Source: an uncultured archaeon
GTDB lineage: Archaea > Asgardarchaeota > Thorarchaeia > Thorarchaeales > Thorarchaeaceae
Length of the DNA stretch: 32,000 nt
NCBI GenBank assembly: GCA_964354495.1
Contig: CAYHAA010000021.1
Coordinates: 8,418-40,417 of the forward strand
Direction: 5' to 3'
The notes beneath the pieces are model-generated. The model was not told where the DNA came from and ran no database searches. It worked only from the letters and a program-made list of their open reading frames with translations. Positions 1-9,333 of this stretch are shown one piece after another; within the stretch, counting starts at the first letter, position 1; each line of letters starts with the position of its first letter. Both the position numbers and the translations under genes were made by a program.

Positions 1-2309
1 TCACGCTGACTCGCATCTATAGGTCTGGCGTGTCAAGAACAATCAACCCCGCTGACACGAGTCAAATCGTCTATAGTGATGAATACGGAACAAGCACCTT
101 CCAGCATCTCCCCGACACTGACCAGACTCGGATTCTATCTGCTGATGGGTCCGATAATGGTACAATGACTCAGTTGGAGTACGTCCTCAATCTGAACAGC
201 ACAGATCTCAATGATGTTCCTCTGTTCAATGGGACCGACATTGTCTTTCCATTTGTCTTCATGTTCGGGTCCGGTGAAGAACTGAATGGGCTCCCTGTAC
301 AGCATACATACTGGACAGAGCCAGCCATGATTGAAGTCTTACCGAATCTGCCTCCCACAATGACCATTATCAGTCCTGAGGATGGCGCAACTATTGAATG
401 GATTGCATCACTGAAGCTGAATGCCACGAACGACTTTGTTGTGCAGGCATCCTACAAAATGGATAATGAATCTTGGGCTGATCTTCAGTACAACTTCAAA
501 TCGAAGATATGGGAAGCAGTTGTTGACTTGTCTATCTATGGGGAAGGTCCGCATATCTTCTCGTTCAATGCCACTGATCTCTCAAATGCAACAGGTATTG
601 CGTATCTCAATTTTGAGATAGATAGACCATTCTTCCCCCTCTTGGGAATGCGCATGGATGTATCACGTTCATTCATTGTCACTCCCAACTTTGGTTCACG
701 AGTGGTTGATACCTATACAATCAAGAATAACGGGTCGGTACCTATCAGCTCAATAGACATGTATCTCCCTGAGCAGTACGAATCGAATGTTATCGAATTT
801 GTGGCTGCAGATAATTCGGGTCATGACATCAGGGTTGTTCGATTGGAGAATGCTGATGGAATGATTCACTGGAGATTGCACTTCCCAGATGCAGTCAAGT
901 TCCAGGAGTCGTTCATCTTCAAGACGACAACATATATGCACAGTCTCTTCTATTTGATAGTTTCAAAAGACTATGAGTATAGACTTGAGTTCCTAAGATA
1001 CCCAACAGTTCCCTACGTACTGAACAAGGCGAATTTTGAACTCAACTTCGAGGGTGGTGGTTCACTAGTTCCGAATGAGGTAGTGCCCAATCTTCGGTTG
1101 ACCAATCTCGAACCTTTCACGGAAAACCTATTCGGCGTTAGTCTACGACTCTTCACCGAGAACATAATATCACGTCGGGCGACCAGAATCATTGTGGATG
1201 CATGGGGCTGGTTGACATACGAGGAAACCATCTCGCTGGAAAACACTGGTGGACAGGCCATTGCCACAATCCCATTGACCTTACCTGCATATTCAGCCAA
1301 TATCAAGATATTCGACCAGGTTGGCGCCCTAGCAACTTCGCAGACTCAGGCGGCTATTACAACGGGCGATTTCAATGAAACACGAGCGCTCACAATCAAG
1401 CTGGGAACAGATAGATTTGGTGCTGATGGTTTCAAACCAACATACAAATACACGTTCAAGGTAACGTATGTTGTCCAGGCAAGTGCCTATCAGAGTGCAG
1501 CCTCAGGGGGAATTCTGCTAGAACCTCCAATGGCGCTGCTTGGAGACATTCTGGTTCTCACCCATAGTTTGGATATTGTCTTCACAGCATCAGTAGTAGC
1601 CAATGATGCGACGGAGGGTTACAGGCGACTCTATGGTATCTTTGATACATCGTATAGTTACACTTTCGATAATAGAACCCAGCGGAACCCCGCAGAGATA
1701 TCTGTTGTCTATCAGAACACACTTGGCGCTGCAGCTAGGCCTGTTCTCTTCTCTCTAATAGTTGGCATCATAGCGGCACTCTATGTCTCATACAGAAAGG
1801 TCAAATTGCCTGAAGATGCTCTGGGAGCGAGCGCTCAATCAGATGAGCATGGTGAATCTGATAAAGTGAAGCAGGTGGGCGCACCTCCAGAACTTCTCTC
1901 CGACTTTGCCCAACTCTACTCAAGCAAGACAACTCTCAGTATTGATCTTGAGAAGCTCGATGCCGATAGAAGGAGAGGGAAGGTCAAGAAGCGAGAGTAC
2001 ATGATGCGCGACAGTGACCTGAAGAAGCAGATTGAGGTACTTGACCGTAGACTGCCCAGCGTGAAGGAGGAGCTCTCCCAACATGGCACACGGTACAGAG
2101 ATATGATTGCCCAGCTGGAACTTCAAGATGAACGAATCGAGGGCGCCAAGGCTGGTCTGCGTCAGCTCCTCATCAGGAAGAAGAAACAGAGAATTAGCCG
2201 CGCAGCCTTTGAGAAGTCCCGTCAGGACTACTTGAAGACGATTCAGAAGGCGCAGAGCGCTACTGATAGGATTCTCCTAACAATCCAGGAGGAAGCTGGA
2301 GAGGTCTAG
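1..2309 (+). CDS. Ribophorin I (OST1/RPN1)-like multidomain membrane protein, 5'-truncated by the window edge
   Basis: The frame is open back to the window start (acg ctg act...), so the GTG at 30 is probably not the true start. It has an Ig-like module (LPPTMTIISPEDGATI...GEGPHIFSFNATD), two ribophorin-like beta domains (VSRSFIVTPNFGSRVVDTYTIKN; RRATRIIVDAWGWLTYEETISLEN), one TM helix (PVLFSLIVGIIAALYVSY) and a charged helical cytoplasmic tail. Family assigned from memory, no search run. Confidence 0.72.
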   Translation, partial: TLTRIYRSGVSRTINPADTSQIVYSDEYGTSTFQHLPDTDQTRILSADGSDNGTMTQLEYVLNLNSTDLNDVPLFNGTDIVFPFVFMFGSGEELNGLPVQHTYWTEPAMIEVLPNLPPTMTIISPEDGATIEWIASLKLNATNDFVVQASYKMDNESWADLQYNFKSKIWEAVVDLSIYGEGPHIFSFNATDLSNATGIAYLNFEIDRPFFPLLGMRMDVSRSFIVTPNFGSRVVDTYTIKNNGSVPISSIDMYLPEQYESNVIEFVAADNSGHDIRVVRLENADGMIHWRLHFPDAVKFQESFIFKTTTYMHSLFYLIVSKDYEYRLEFLRYPTVPYVLNKANFELNFEGGGSLVPNEVVPNLRLTNLEPFTENLFGVSLRLFTENIISRRATRIIVDAWGWLTYEETISLENTGGQAIATIPLTLPAYSANIKIFDQVGALATSQTQAAITTGDFNETRALTIKLGTDRFGADGFKPTYKYTFKVTYVVQASAYQSAASGGILLEPPMALLGDILVLTHSLDIVFTASVVANDATEGYRRLYGIFDTSYSYTFDNRTQRNPAEISVVYQNTLGAAARPVLFSLIVGIIAALYVSYRKVKLPEDALGASAQSDEHGESDKVKQVGAPPELLSDFAQLYSSKTTLSIDLEKLDADRRRGKVKKREYMMRDSDLKKQIEVLDRRLPSVKEELSQHGTRYRDMIAQLELQDERIEGAKAGLRQLLIRKKKQRISRAAFEKSRQDYLKTIQKAQSATDRILLTIQEEAGEV

Positions 2310-2423
2310 ACAGGTTCAGTGTCCATCTAGACCCTCCTCGTTCTCTCTCTGTACAGAAAAGGGCCTCTTAGTAAGTCTTATCACATCACAGGAATTTCCT
2401 ATCTGTCCCAAAGAGGGGTTTCA

Positions 2424-3281
2424 ATGAAGAAGAGTAAACCTATCGATCGTCAGACAATTAGAGCTAGGGAGCTTTTGGATGACGAGTCTCTTGCTCTCGA
2501 GATGTATCAATATTTGACTGGCTCGCCAAGCGTGCAGTCATATCTCCGCAGTGCAAACCGTATGGCAGTGTCCAGATTGGGCTACACGGACCATGGCCCT
2601 GTTCATGCAGAAGTGGCAACTTGGTATGCACTAAAGACGTTTGACATCCTTGAGAGCACATTCAAGCCCAATGTAGTTGCTGAGGGCATTGGCGATCTTG
2701 ACGACGCGCGTCTTGTCGTACTCGCCTCGACCTATCTCCATGACATAGGTATGGTTGTCCATAGAAACGAGCACCAACAAGCCTCGGTTCAGCTTGCAAG
2801 TCCGATTCTCGAGTCCAAGTTGAATGACATATATGGCGATCCTGGGAAGGCAACTGATATTCTCTCTTTCATCTTTCACGGCATCTATGCCCATGATGAC
2901 GACACTCAGTGCCTCACCTTTGAGGCCGGAATCACCAAGATCGGTGACGGGTGCGATATGACGAAGGGTCGAACAGTAGTTCCCTTCCAGCAGGGGAAGG
3001 TCGATATCCATTCAGTCAGTGCAATGGCAATCAATGATGTCGTACTCTCGGCCGGTGATACTAAGCCTCTGCAAATCACTGTGGCTATGGATAATCCTGC
3101 AGGAGTCTTTCAGGTGCAGGCAGTCCTTGAGAAGAAGCTATCCACATCCGGCCTGAACGATTACGTCGATATTGATATCGAGGTCAACGGAGACCGTCTT
3201 GTGCTCTCTCACGTGAAGCGTCTCTTCAGGGTTGAGATGGCACAGCAAGAAGAGCCACTGAGCGTCAGAGAAAAAGAGTAA
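2424..3281 (+). CDS. HD-superfamily metal-dependent phosphohydrolase (COG3294-like)
   Basis: Motifs LGYTDHGPVH, YLHDIG, AHD, KIGDGCDMTKGR and DIHSVSAMAI. Confidence 0.85.
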   Translation: MKKSKPIDRQTIRARELLDDESLALEMYQYLTGSPSVQSYLRSANRMAVSRLGYTDHGPVHAEVATWYALKTFDILESTFKPNVVAEGIGDLDDARLVVLASTYLHDIGMVVHRNEHQQASVQLASPILESKLNDIYGDPGKATDILSFIFHGIYAHDDDTQCLTFEAGITKIGDGCDMTKGRTVVPFQQGKVDIHSVSAMAINDVVLSAGDTKPLQITVAMDNPAGVFQVQAVLEKKLSTSGLNDYVDIDIEVNGDRLVLSHVKRLFRVEMAQQEEPLSVREKE

Positions 3282-3375
3282 TGCGTCTTCTAGCTATCTC
3301 TCCATTGGAGCCTCAATGAGAACCATGACAGCCGAAAGAAGGGTACACTAGCTTTGGGGAAAGGCTAGAAAGAGG

Positions 3376-3451
3376 TGGTAGCCCCGGGAGGATTTGAACC
3401 TCCGTCAATGAGGCCAAAACCCACTATGCTGGACCGCTACACCACGGGGCT
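3376..3451 (-). tRNA. tRNA-Gln(TTG), CCA encoded
   Basis: Reverse complement folds as a cloverleaf: AGCCCCG/CGGGGCT acceptor stem, anticodon loop TT-TTG-GC, T-loop TTCAAAT, 3' ACCA. Length 76 nt. Confidence 0.95.
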
Positions 3452-3505
3452 GCAGCCATGGATTGCTTTGAATCCTACTTCAAGCTTATGGTGCTTTCTC
3501 GAAAA

Positions 3506-4363
3506 CTAAGAGTCATTATCTTCAGCTGCATGGATTCCTCTATCATTCAAAAATGTCGCGATGCTGCCATAATGAAACACCGCCGAAGGGAACTCAGAAA
3601 GACGCATATTGTTAATTATGAATTTCAAGGGATGCCTGAATTTCGTTGTAGTATCAACAAACTGTTTGCACTCGAAGAATTGCGCCACTTCAATGATATC
3701 CACATCAATACTCTGAAGTGCCACCACTTTCTCACTCGGTTCTATCTGAAGGAATAGGATTCTCCAGTGTTTTGAGAATGGATGTTTCAGAAGTTCGAGA
3801 TTCGGATCTGCTACCCACGTTATGGGATTACAAGTTTGGTTTGACATAGATTGCTTGCAGTTCTCGGCAGGTCCATTGCTTTCAGAAGTTCAGATTCCTT
3901 TCTGCCTCGGCAGCTGAAAGGTTTGAGAAAAGTCATACTAATGGGAGTATTTGCACTTTTCACTTCTGAAAACTCAATATCTGTTTCAGAATTCCACCGA
4001 GACTTCTTTTGAAAGGCGCTCCCTTCGTCTTTGGATACCTCCGAGTCTCAATCAAATCAATCGTGTCTTTCATAGTGATTGAGTAGATGGTTTTGGTGTT
4101 TTGGACCTGTTCTTCTCTTAGTTTAAGAAATGCAAGTATTATTATTCAAGTCCAGACAAAACGAACCATTCATTCACATTGGCACCCTCAAACATCTCTT
4201 GGATAATCACAGCAAGAAAGGTCGAGCAGTGAGTATCTCCCCACTCACCCCAAGGATATTCAATGCTATATTGTTTCCCAAAGACAAACCCCTGCACAGA
4301 CCTCCTTGTAGTCCTCCTTGATTTCGGAGAGAATTGGGAAACCCTGAGCAATCCTGATAGCAT
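3506..4363 (-). pseudogene. Probable degraded or frameshifted gene remnant(s), function unknown
   Basis: Short minus-strand ORFs (4363-4142, 3847-3506) are joined by a protein-like segment in a shifted frame (IIILAFLKLREEQVQNTKTIYSITMKD...). No family recognised. Confidence 0.3.
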
Positions 4364-4463
4364 AAGTACCGGGATTCATCTTTCTCTGCAAGTCATGCTT
4401 TCATTCAATATCTGCAGACTGCAAAGCATAAAGCTTATTTTGTATCAATATAATATATTCCTT

Positions 4464-4781
4464 ATGAATTCCGATAATCCAATCCCCGAGCTTGAATTCT
4501 TAGTGGCGTTAGAACGTACAGGCGCCCTTCGCCTTCTGGTTTCTCTCTTGCAGGGAGATAGATTCATCTCAGAACTGATACGGCGCCATGACAACCAAGG
4601 AATCGCATCGCAACCTGCATTGGAGAAGACCCGTACTGAACTAGTCAAAATTAGACTCATTGAGGAACATGAAGTGTTCAATGAACTGACCAGAAAGACA
4701 CGTCTCTATGTTGGGTTGACTCATAAGGGGAGAGAGGTGGCTGAAGGCATTCTGAAAGTTGCAGGAATTCTTTCAAATTAG
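4464..4781 (+). CDS. Winged helix-turn-helix protein (HxlR/MarR-like)
   Basis: ATG at 4464 follows an AT-rich TATA-like stretch. It shows a helical N-terminus (GALRLLVSLLQG) and a wing (RLIEEHEV...RLYVGLTHKGREVA). The longer ORF from 4263 is probably an artefactual extension. Confidence 0.7.
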   Translation: MNSDNPIPELEFLVALERTGALRLLVSLLQGDRFISELIRRHDNQGIASQPALEKTRTELVKIRLIEEHEVFNELTRKTRLYVGLTHKGREVAEGILKVAGILSN

Positions 4782-4851
4782 TATGGAAAAATGACACAGA
4801 TTCTCATTATGAGCTAAAATATTATGAATAGAAATCAACTCTTGATGAATC

Positions 4852-5067
4852 ATGTCTGAAAAGGGGTTAATGGAGCGGGACGGTCTGTTACGAGCGTTGC
4901 AAGATATCCTCGGTGAGATGGCAGACAAGATTGGCGAGCTTCCTGCTAAGTGCCAGATATGTCCCCCGATGAAGATACTCTCTGAATTTGCACTAAGACT
5001 CCGCAAAGCTGGACTTCAAGAGGAAGCTGAGGTCATAAAGAATGTCAGAGACTTCTACAATATCTAA
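4852..5067 (+). CDS. Small hypothetical protein (71 aa)
   Basis: Helical, protein-like composition with CQIC; follows the wHTH gene on the same strand. Confidence 0.5.
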   Translation: MSEKGLMERDGLLRALQDILGEMADKIGELPAKCQICPPMKILSEFALRLRKAGLQEEAEVIKNVRDFYNI

Positions 5068-5253
5068 ATCCTATTTACTTCTTTCATATATCACATCATC
5101 AACACTCGGATGTCCTGTGAGAATACTCGACAACGCATGGTCGGAGAATAAAGTAATAGAATTGAAATCCATCTTAAGAGAAGTGCTATCGTATGATTTC
5201 AAGGCATACAATAGCACACCACAATCAGTAAAGGAATATTCCAGATTCTACTA

Positions 5254-5775
5254 CTAGGAATCAGTCACGAAGATCCTTACGTGGAAGTCTCCGTAGCCTC
5301 CTTGACAGAATACCCATACTACAATATAGTTACCATTTAAGCCATCCCAGTATGCGTAATAACCGGAACTAGTAAATTGGGTGGTGCCAAGAACCTCGTC
5401 ATATCCTTCCTCACCATCATCTACCATTATACTTTGCCACATTTGAGCGAATACGTAGTGATTCCGGATAACTCCAATGGCAACATCGAGTTCGTCATCA
5501 ACCCATACCCACACCGAGAAATAGTGTGATGTGTGTGTCGTGTCAAAATCCTCTTCTTCCCAATGGAACCATACTCGTTCTTGAGATTGATTAAATGTTC
5601 CGTAATAATCATAGTACGAGTTAGGAGTCATGTCTTCATCTTGCTCAGCATATCCGATATATGTTCCCGGGACCCAACTTGGCCAAGTTGCTTGTACTGG
5701 CACTGCAATGAATGCAGTCAATACTGCAGCTAGAAAGAGTGAAGCGATTAAGTATTGGTGTTTTCGAATTTTCAT
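5254..5775 (-). CDS. Secreted acidic, aromatic-rich hypothetical protein
   Basis: Signal peptide (MKIRK...LFLAAVLTAFIAVPVQA) and a GGAGG Shine-Dalgarno at about -10. The mature part is W/Y/F/D/E-rich with a beta-type pattern. Confidence 0.75.
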   Translation of the reverse strand: MKIRKHQYLIASLFLAAVLTAFIAVPVQATWPSWVPGTYIGYAEQDEDMTPNSYYDYYGTFNQSQERVWFHWEEEDFDTTHTSHYFSVWVWVDDELDVAIGVIRNHYVFAQMWQSIMVDDGEEGYDEVLGTTQFTSSGYYAYWDGLNGNYIVVWVFCQGGYGDFHVRIFVTDS

Positions 5776-5791
5776 ATTTGAATTCCTCCTG

Positions 5792-5821
5792 CAATGCAGT
5801 AATATACTGCATACTGCATTG
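5792..5821. promoter_or_regulatory. Inverted-repeat operator candidate in a divergent promoter region
   Basis: CAATGCAGTA-N10-TACTGCATTG is a perfect 10 bp inverted repeat, just upstream of the SD of 5254-5775 and next to AT-rich TATA-like boxes. Confidence 0.5.
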
Positions 5822-5983
5822 AAGTATAGTATATATTAATCCTATTAAACATATTGAATACTACAGTTAATTACAGTATACAATTAAATCAGCAGTTTTT
5901 TTGAACGACATGGCTCCTGCAAAAACCTTAAGCACCTATTGTAGGAGCCACGACATAAAACAGAAAAGACATCATTGAGGAGT

Positions 5984-7732
5984 ATGGGACCATTGAGGAA
6001 GTATCCAATCATCATTTGCCTCTTGGTCGTACTGTTTCTGAATGCAGGTATTCAAAGTGGTAATGCTGATGTGACTTCACTTAGTTCAAATCACATGATA
6101 AAAAGCGATAGCCGCCTCTTTGACTGGGTACAGGAATTGCAGGAACACGCTCCTATCGTAGTTGCTGCCGACGATGACTTCGTTGTTCAAGGATGGGAAG
6201 GAAACGGGTCAGAGAGTAATCCCTTCATTATTGAGGAGATTGTGATTAGAGCACCATATTCCGCCATAATGATATCGAACACTACCAAACACTTCGAGAT
6301 TCGCAGATGTCTTTTCACCACAGAAAATCCTCCTGTTAGCGGAGGCCCAGCATTGAACTTCAGGAATGTGACAAATGGTCGTGTGGCCAGTTGCTTCATT
6401 AATGGAACATCGTATGGGGTAGTAGTCAGAAATTCCACAGATTGCCAATTCACTGATAATATCGTGTCTGATAATATGTTCGATGCATTTGTCTTTGAAT
6501 ACGGACAAGACATCCTTGTTGAGAATAACACAATCCATCACTCGAGTTCTGGAATTTCGTTGGAGGAGTCAACTAACTTTGCAATATGTGACAATCGTAT
6601 CTATGAGTGCTACAAAGGTATGTACCTGATCGATGTTCAGTCTTGCGATGTTCGAGAAAATATGGTCTGGAGAAGCAATATTGGAATAGATATGACGCGC
6701 GCACAGAGCGTCATCACGAACAATACTATCTACGGGAACACTAACATTGGTGTTCGAGCCAGCACAGGCATAGCATCAACTATGGTCTATGGAAATTGTA
6801 TTGGCTGGAATGGAGCAACAAATGCTCAGGATGATAGTAATTCTACCGAATGGGATGATGGTATTGACACTGGAAATTGCTGGAGTGACTGGCTTGGAAC
6901 AGGCAACTATTCGATTCCCGGAACTGCGGCAGGTCAGGATCGATGGCCGTTGCTTCTAGTCGATGATGTGACTCCAGTTGTTGACTCTCCGGATGATGTC
7001 GATTTTGAGTTTGGAATCAGAGGCAAGTCAGTGACATGGAATACGAGTGATGAATTTCCCTTGACCTACCAGATTTTGAGAAATGGTGAGGTGATAGAAG
7101 CGCAAACTTGGACCGGACAAACGCTGACTGTTCAATTGGAAGGCCTAGTTCCTAGAACTCATTTCTATATGGTTCGACTCTGGGATGCTCAAGGGAATTA
7201 TGTAACTGATCAGGTGTCTGTCATTATTGCAGAGGCAGAACCTCCGATGATTAACCACCCCCCTGATATACAGCATATTGTTGGTGATGTGGGGTACAAT
7301 ATTACTTGGATCCCAACGGATGCATACCCTGACCACTATGAAGTCTTTATCAACGGGACAGCACACGAATCAGGTGACTGGAACGGTTCTGAGATTGTAA
7401 TTCTTGTTGATGGCCTTGATGTCGGTGTGCATGATTATACTCTAGTAGTATATGATGTAATAGGACAGGAAACAATGGATACAGTATTAGTGGTAGTTTT
7501 CGCTTATTCCAATCCTCCTCCACCCAATTATCTTCTACAGGTGCTGTTTTACCTTGGTATCGGTGCGGTTGGTTTCATAGTTGCCTTTTCAATTCTCTAC
7601 ATAAGGAAACCATTCTTGAAACATATCAGAGATGAAGATGATTCTGTGGACAACGATGAGATCCAGGAAGCGATAAAGGAACTAGTTGCTGACAGAGATA
7701 TGAGCGCAGACTTCAGTGATAGTCACAAATGA
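5984..7732 (+). CDS. Cell-surface protein: signal peptide, NosD/CASH right-handed beta-helix, two Ig-like repeats, C-terminal TM anchor
   Basis: ATG at 5984 follows GAGGAG. Parallel beta-helix repeats (I.NN.I..N..GI), two P.I..P.D....G....W...D..P..Y repeats, and TM VLFYLGIGAVGFIVAFSILYI. Confidence 0.85.
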   Translation: MGPLRKYPIIICLLVVLFLNAGIQSGNADVTSLSSNHMIKSDSRLFDWVQELQEHAPIVVAADDDFVVQGWEGNGSESNPFIIEEIVIRAPYSAIMISNTTKHFEIRRCLFTTENPPVSGGPALNFRNVTNGRVASCFINGTSYGVVVRNSTDCQFTDNIVSDNMFDAFVFEYGQDILVENNTIHHSSSGISLEESTNFAICDNRIYECYKGMYLIDVQSCDVRENMVWRSNIGIDMTRAQSVITNNTIYGNTNIGVRASTGIASTMVYGNCIGWNGATNAQDDSNSTEWDDGIDTGNCWSDWLGTGNYSIPGTAAGQDRWPLLLVDDVTPVVDSPDDVDFEFGIRGKSVTWNTSDEFPLTYQILRNGEVIEAQTWTGQTLTVQLEGLVPRTHFYMVRLWDAQGNYVTDQVSVIIAEAEPPMINHPPDIQHIVGDVGYNITWIPTDAYPDHYEVFINGTAHESGDWNGSEIVILVDGLDVGVHDYTLVVYDVIGQETMDTVLVVVFAYSNPPPPNYLLQVLFYLGIGAVGFIVAFSILYIRKPFLKHIRDEDDSVDNDEIQEAIKELVADRDMSADFSDSHK

Positions 7733-7766
7733 GTGGTATCCTAGATAACACTTGGGTATCTCCAGG

Positions 7767-7784
7767 CACAATCTCGTGATTGTG
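7767..7784. terminator. Hairpin between convergent genes
   Basis: CACAATC-TCGT-GATTGTG, a perfect 7 bp stem. Confidence 0.3.
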
Positions 7785-7860
7785 AACAGAATCAAGAATG
7801 AACCTTCTTTCGGGTCGAGAATTACATTCTGATAAAGTGCAAGAAGTCGAAGAAGTGCTT

Positions 7861-8643
7861 TCACTCTGATTCTATGATTTGTCGGTAGACTCTTTCACAA
7901 TAGGAGAGAACCCTCAAACCGCCTTTTCGAAGGGCTTCAACATCAATCTCTGTATAGGCTGAAATCGCCTTATTGTACTTAATGGATTGCTTATCGATTA
8001 AACTCAAACCTGAATGAATTTGAGCTCTTCTAAGTACACCAACTCTTTCATATTCTTTCCTGATGTGATTATGTTGATGTTCGAAAAACCTGTGTGCAAG
8101 TTCTACTCTAGAATTCTTTCTGAATAGTCCATTATGTATTAGACAATCGACAGTGAATACTAAAGACATTGCAGTCCATAACTGATAACAGACTATATCA
8201 AGGAGGATTCTCTGTTCGATATAACTCAAAGATTCCTGGACTTGTTCTATTGATTGCCAAACTGAATTTGTGAAGGTATGGTGGAGCAATGGAACTTCCA
8301 CTTCTTCTCCAAATAAACGAATTCCATCCCGAAAGAATGTATACCAGTATGGATTCTGGATTCCTTGGATTGCAGCATCAAATTCCTTTTGGGTATATAC
8401 TTTCACATCTAGCAGTAGACGCTTGTTTCTTAGTATCTGAAGAGTACCTCTTACCACTTCCAATATTGTCTTTTTTTGACTTGTACCTGCTGAAATTAAA
8501 CAGAAATCAATATCACTATTTGAATCTGCATTCTGTGTAGCCCAAGAACCTCCGAGATATATCGATGAACAATATGGTTTGACACCATTTATGAATTGCA
8601 TAACATCAACGGGGAGTAAATTAGTGCTGTTCAATTTCCTCAC
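7861..8643 (-). CDS. Minimal nucleotidyltransferase (MNT) fused to a HEPN-like domain
   Basis: Pol-beta NTase motif IYLGGSWATQNADSNSDIDFCLI plus LDVKVYT. The C-terminal helical domain has a HEPN-like start (WQSIEQVQESL...IVCYQLWTAM) and Rx4H (RRAQIH). Start reassigned to GTG 8643 downstream of a TATA box; the upstream 85 codons of the called ORF are an alternate frame of the IS remnant. Confidence 0.75.
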   Translation of the reverse strand: MRKLNSTNLLPVDVMQFINGVKPYCSSIYLGGSWATQNADSNSDIDFCLISAGTSQKKTILEVVRGTLQILRNKRLLLDVKVYTQKEFDAAIQGIQNPYWYTFFRDGIRLFGEEVEVPLLHHTFTNSVWQSIEQVQESLSYIEQRILLDIVCYQLWTAMSLVFTVDCLIHNGLFRKNSRVELAHRFFEHQHNHIRKEYERVGVLRRAQIHSGLSLIDKQSIKYNKAISAYTEIDVEALRKGGLRVLSYCERVYRQIIESE

Positions 8644-8700
8644 GCTATGATATTCTATATTGATATAAAATATTATATACATAAGTCTTTCTATAGCTGC

Positions 8701-9220
8701 GGCTCTGTGAAAAGTCACCTCCCATCGCATTCTAGGAAGTTCAGTTGCTCGATGTTGTGAGGAGTCCCCTCGATCAGTAGTTCTCACCGCTGCTTTTTGG
8801 GTTTCCTCGACCTCAGGCTCCTGGTGAATCGCACCTTCAGCATCCCAAACATGGTTTCCACCAGACTCCTCCTTCCAAACTCGTTGACTCTCTTCCACTC
8901 CGCGGGGTCAGCTCGAAACTCCGGTATCAACTGTCCGTATGCTCAGTTATCTCTGGCGTTCATTCCCAGATTTCTCTTGGGCTCGATGGCTGGATATGCT
9001 CCCAAGTCGTGGATGAGCTGCACGTTCCTCTAGGAGATGTAGGCCTTGTCACCACAGACAGTTTCAAGCTCTTGATGCGGTACTCGTCGTAGGAGGGGGA
9101 CCAGTTCTCGTGCATCTCCTCTGGATCGAAATCGCATTCGGACTGCATGGATTATCAGGGTATCTGTGCTCACAGCTGCGCGGAGAGCTGTGAAACGCCA
9201 TTTCAACTTCTTCTTGAAAC
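8701..9220 (-). mobile_element. IS5-family (IS903-like) insertion sequence remnant, right-hand part
   Basis: Terminal GGCTCTGTGAAAAG at 8701 resembles IS903-group TIRs. A transposase remnant lies immediately inside. Confidence 0.75.
8715..9218 (-). pseudogene. IS5-family DDE transposase pseudogene, 5'-truncated, three internal stops
   Basis: Manual translation: FKKKLKWRFTALRAAVSTDTL...VCGDKAYIS*...N*...FGRRSLVETMFGMLKVRFTRSLRSRKPKKQR*ELLIEGTPHNIEQ... It contains the GDKAY and RRSLVETMFGMLK motifs. Confidence 0.85.
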
Positions 9221-9333
9221 GCCCAGACAGTCCTCACATATGGATATGGCGCATATGGCGCCTCTCTCACGGGAGCCTCGAGCCATCTCAGCTTGGATGT
9301 ATCTGTAGAATCGAGATGGAGAATGCCTCTCTC
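9221..9333 (-). pseudogene. Diverged fragment of a tRNA methylthiotransferase gene (homologous to 14961-15071)
   Basis: ERGILHLDSTDTSKLRWLEAP / +2 frameshift / VRGAICAISICEDCLG versus resident ERGILHLESTDVSKLRWLESPGKGVICTVPICEGCLG. Manual count gives about 86/111 identical nt. Confidence 0.85.

Noticed and set aside
3785-3897. Repeated TTTCAGAAGTTC(G)AGATTC as a CRISPR-like repeat
   Set aside because: Only two imperfect copies about 95 nt apart, no array and no cas genes.
5042-5257. 71 aa ORF overlapping 4852-5067
   Set aside because: It overlaps a better ORF, has no SD or recognisable domain, and may be spacer or a remnant.
8644-8898. 85 aa N-terminal extension of ORF 7861-8898
   Set aside because: It is an alternate frame of the IS5 remnant plus a TATA-containing promoter. 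The NTase gene plausibly starts at GTG 8643.
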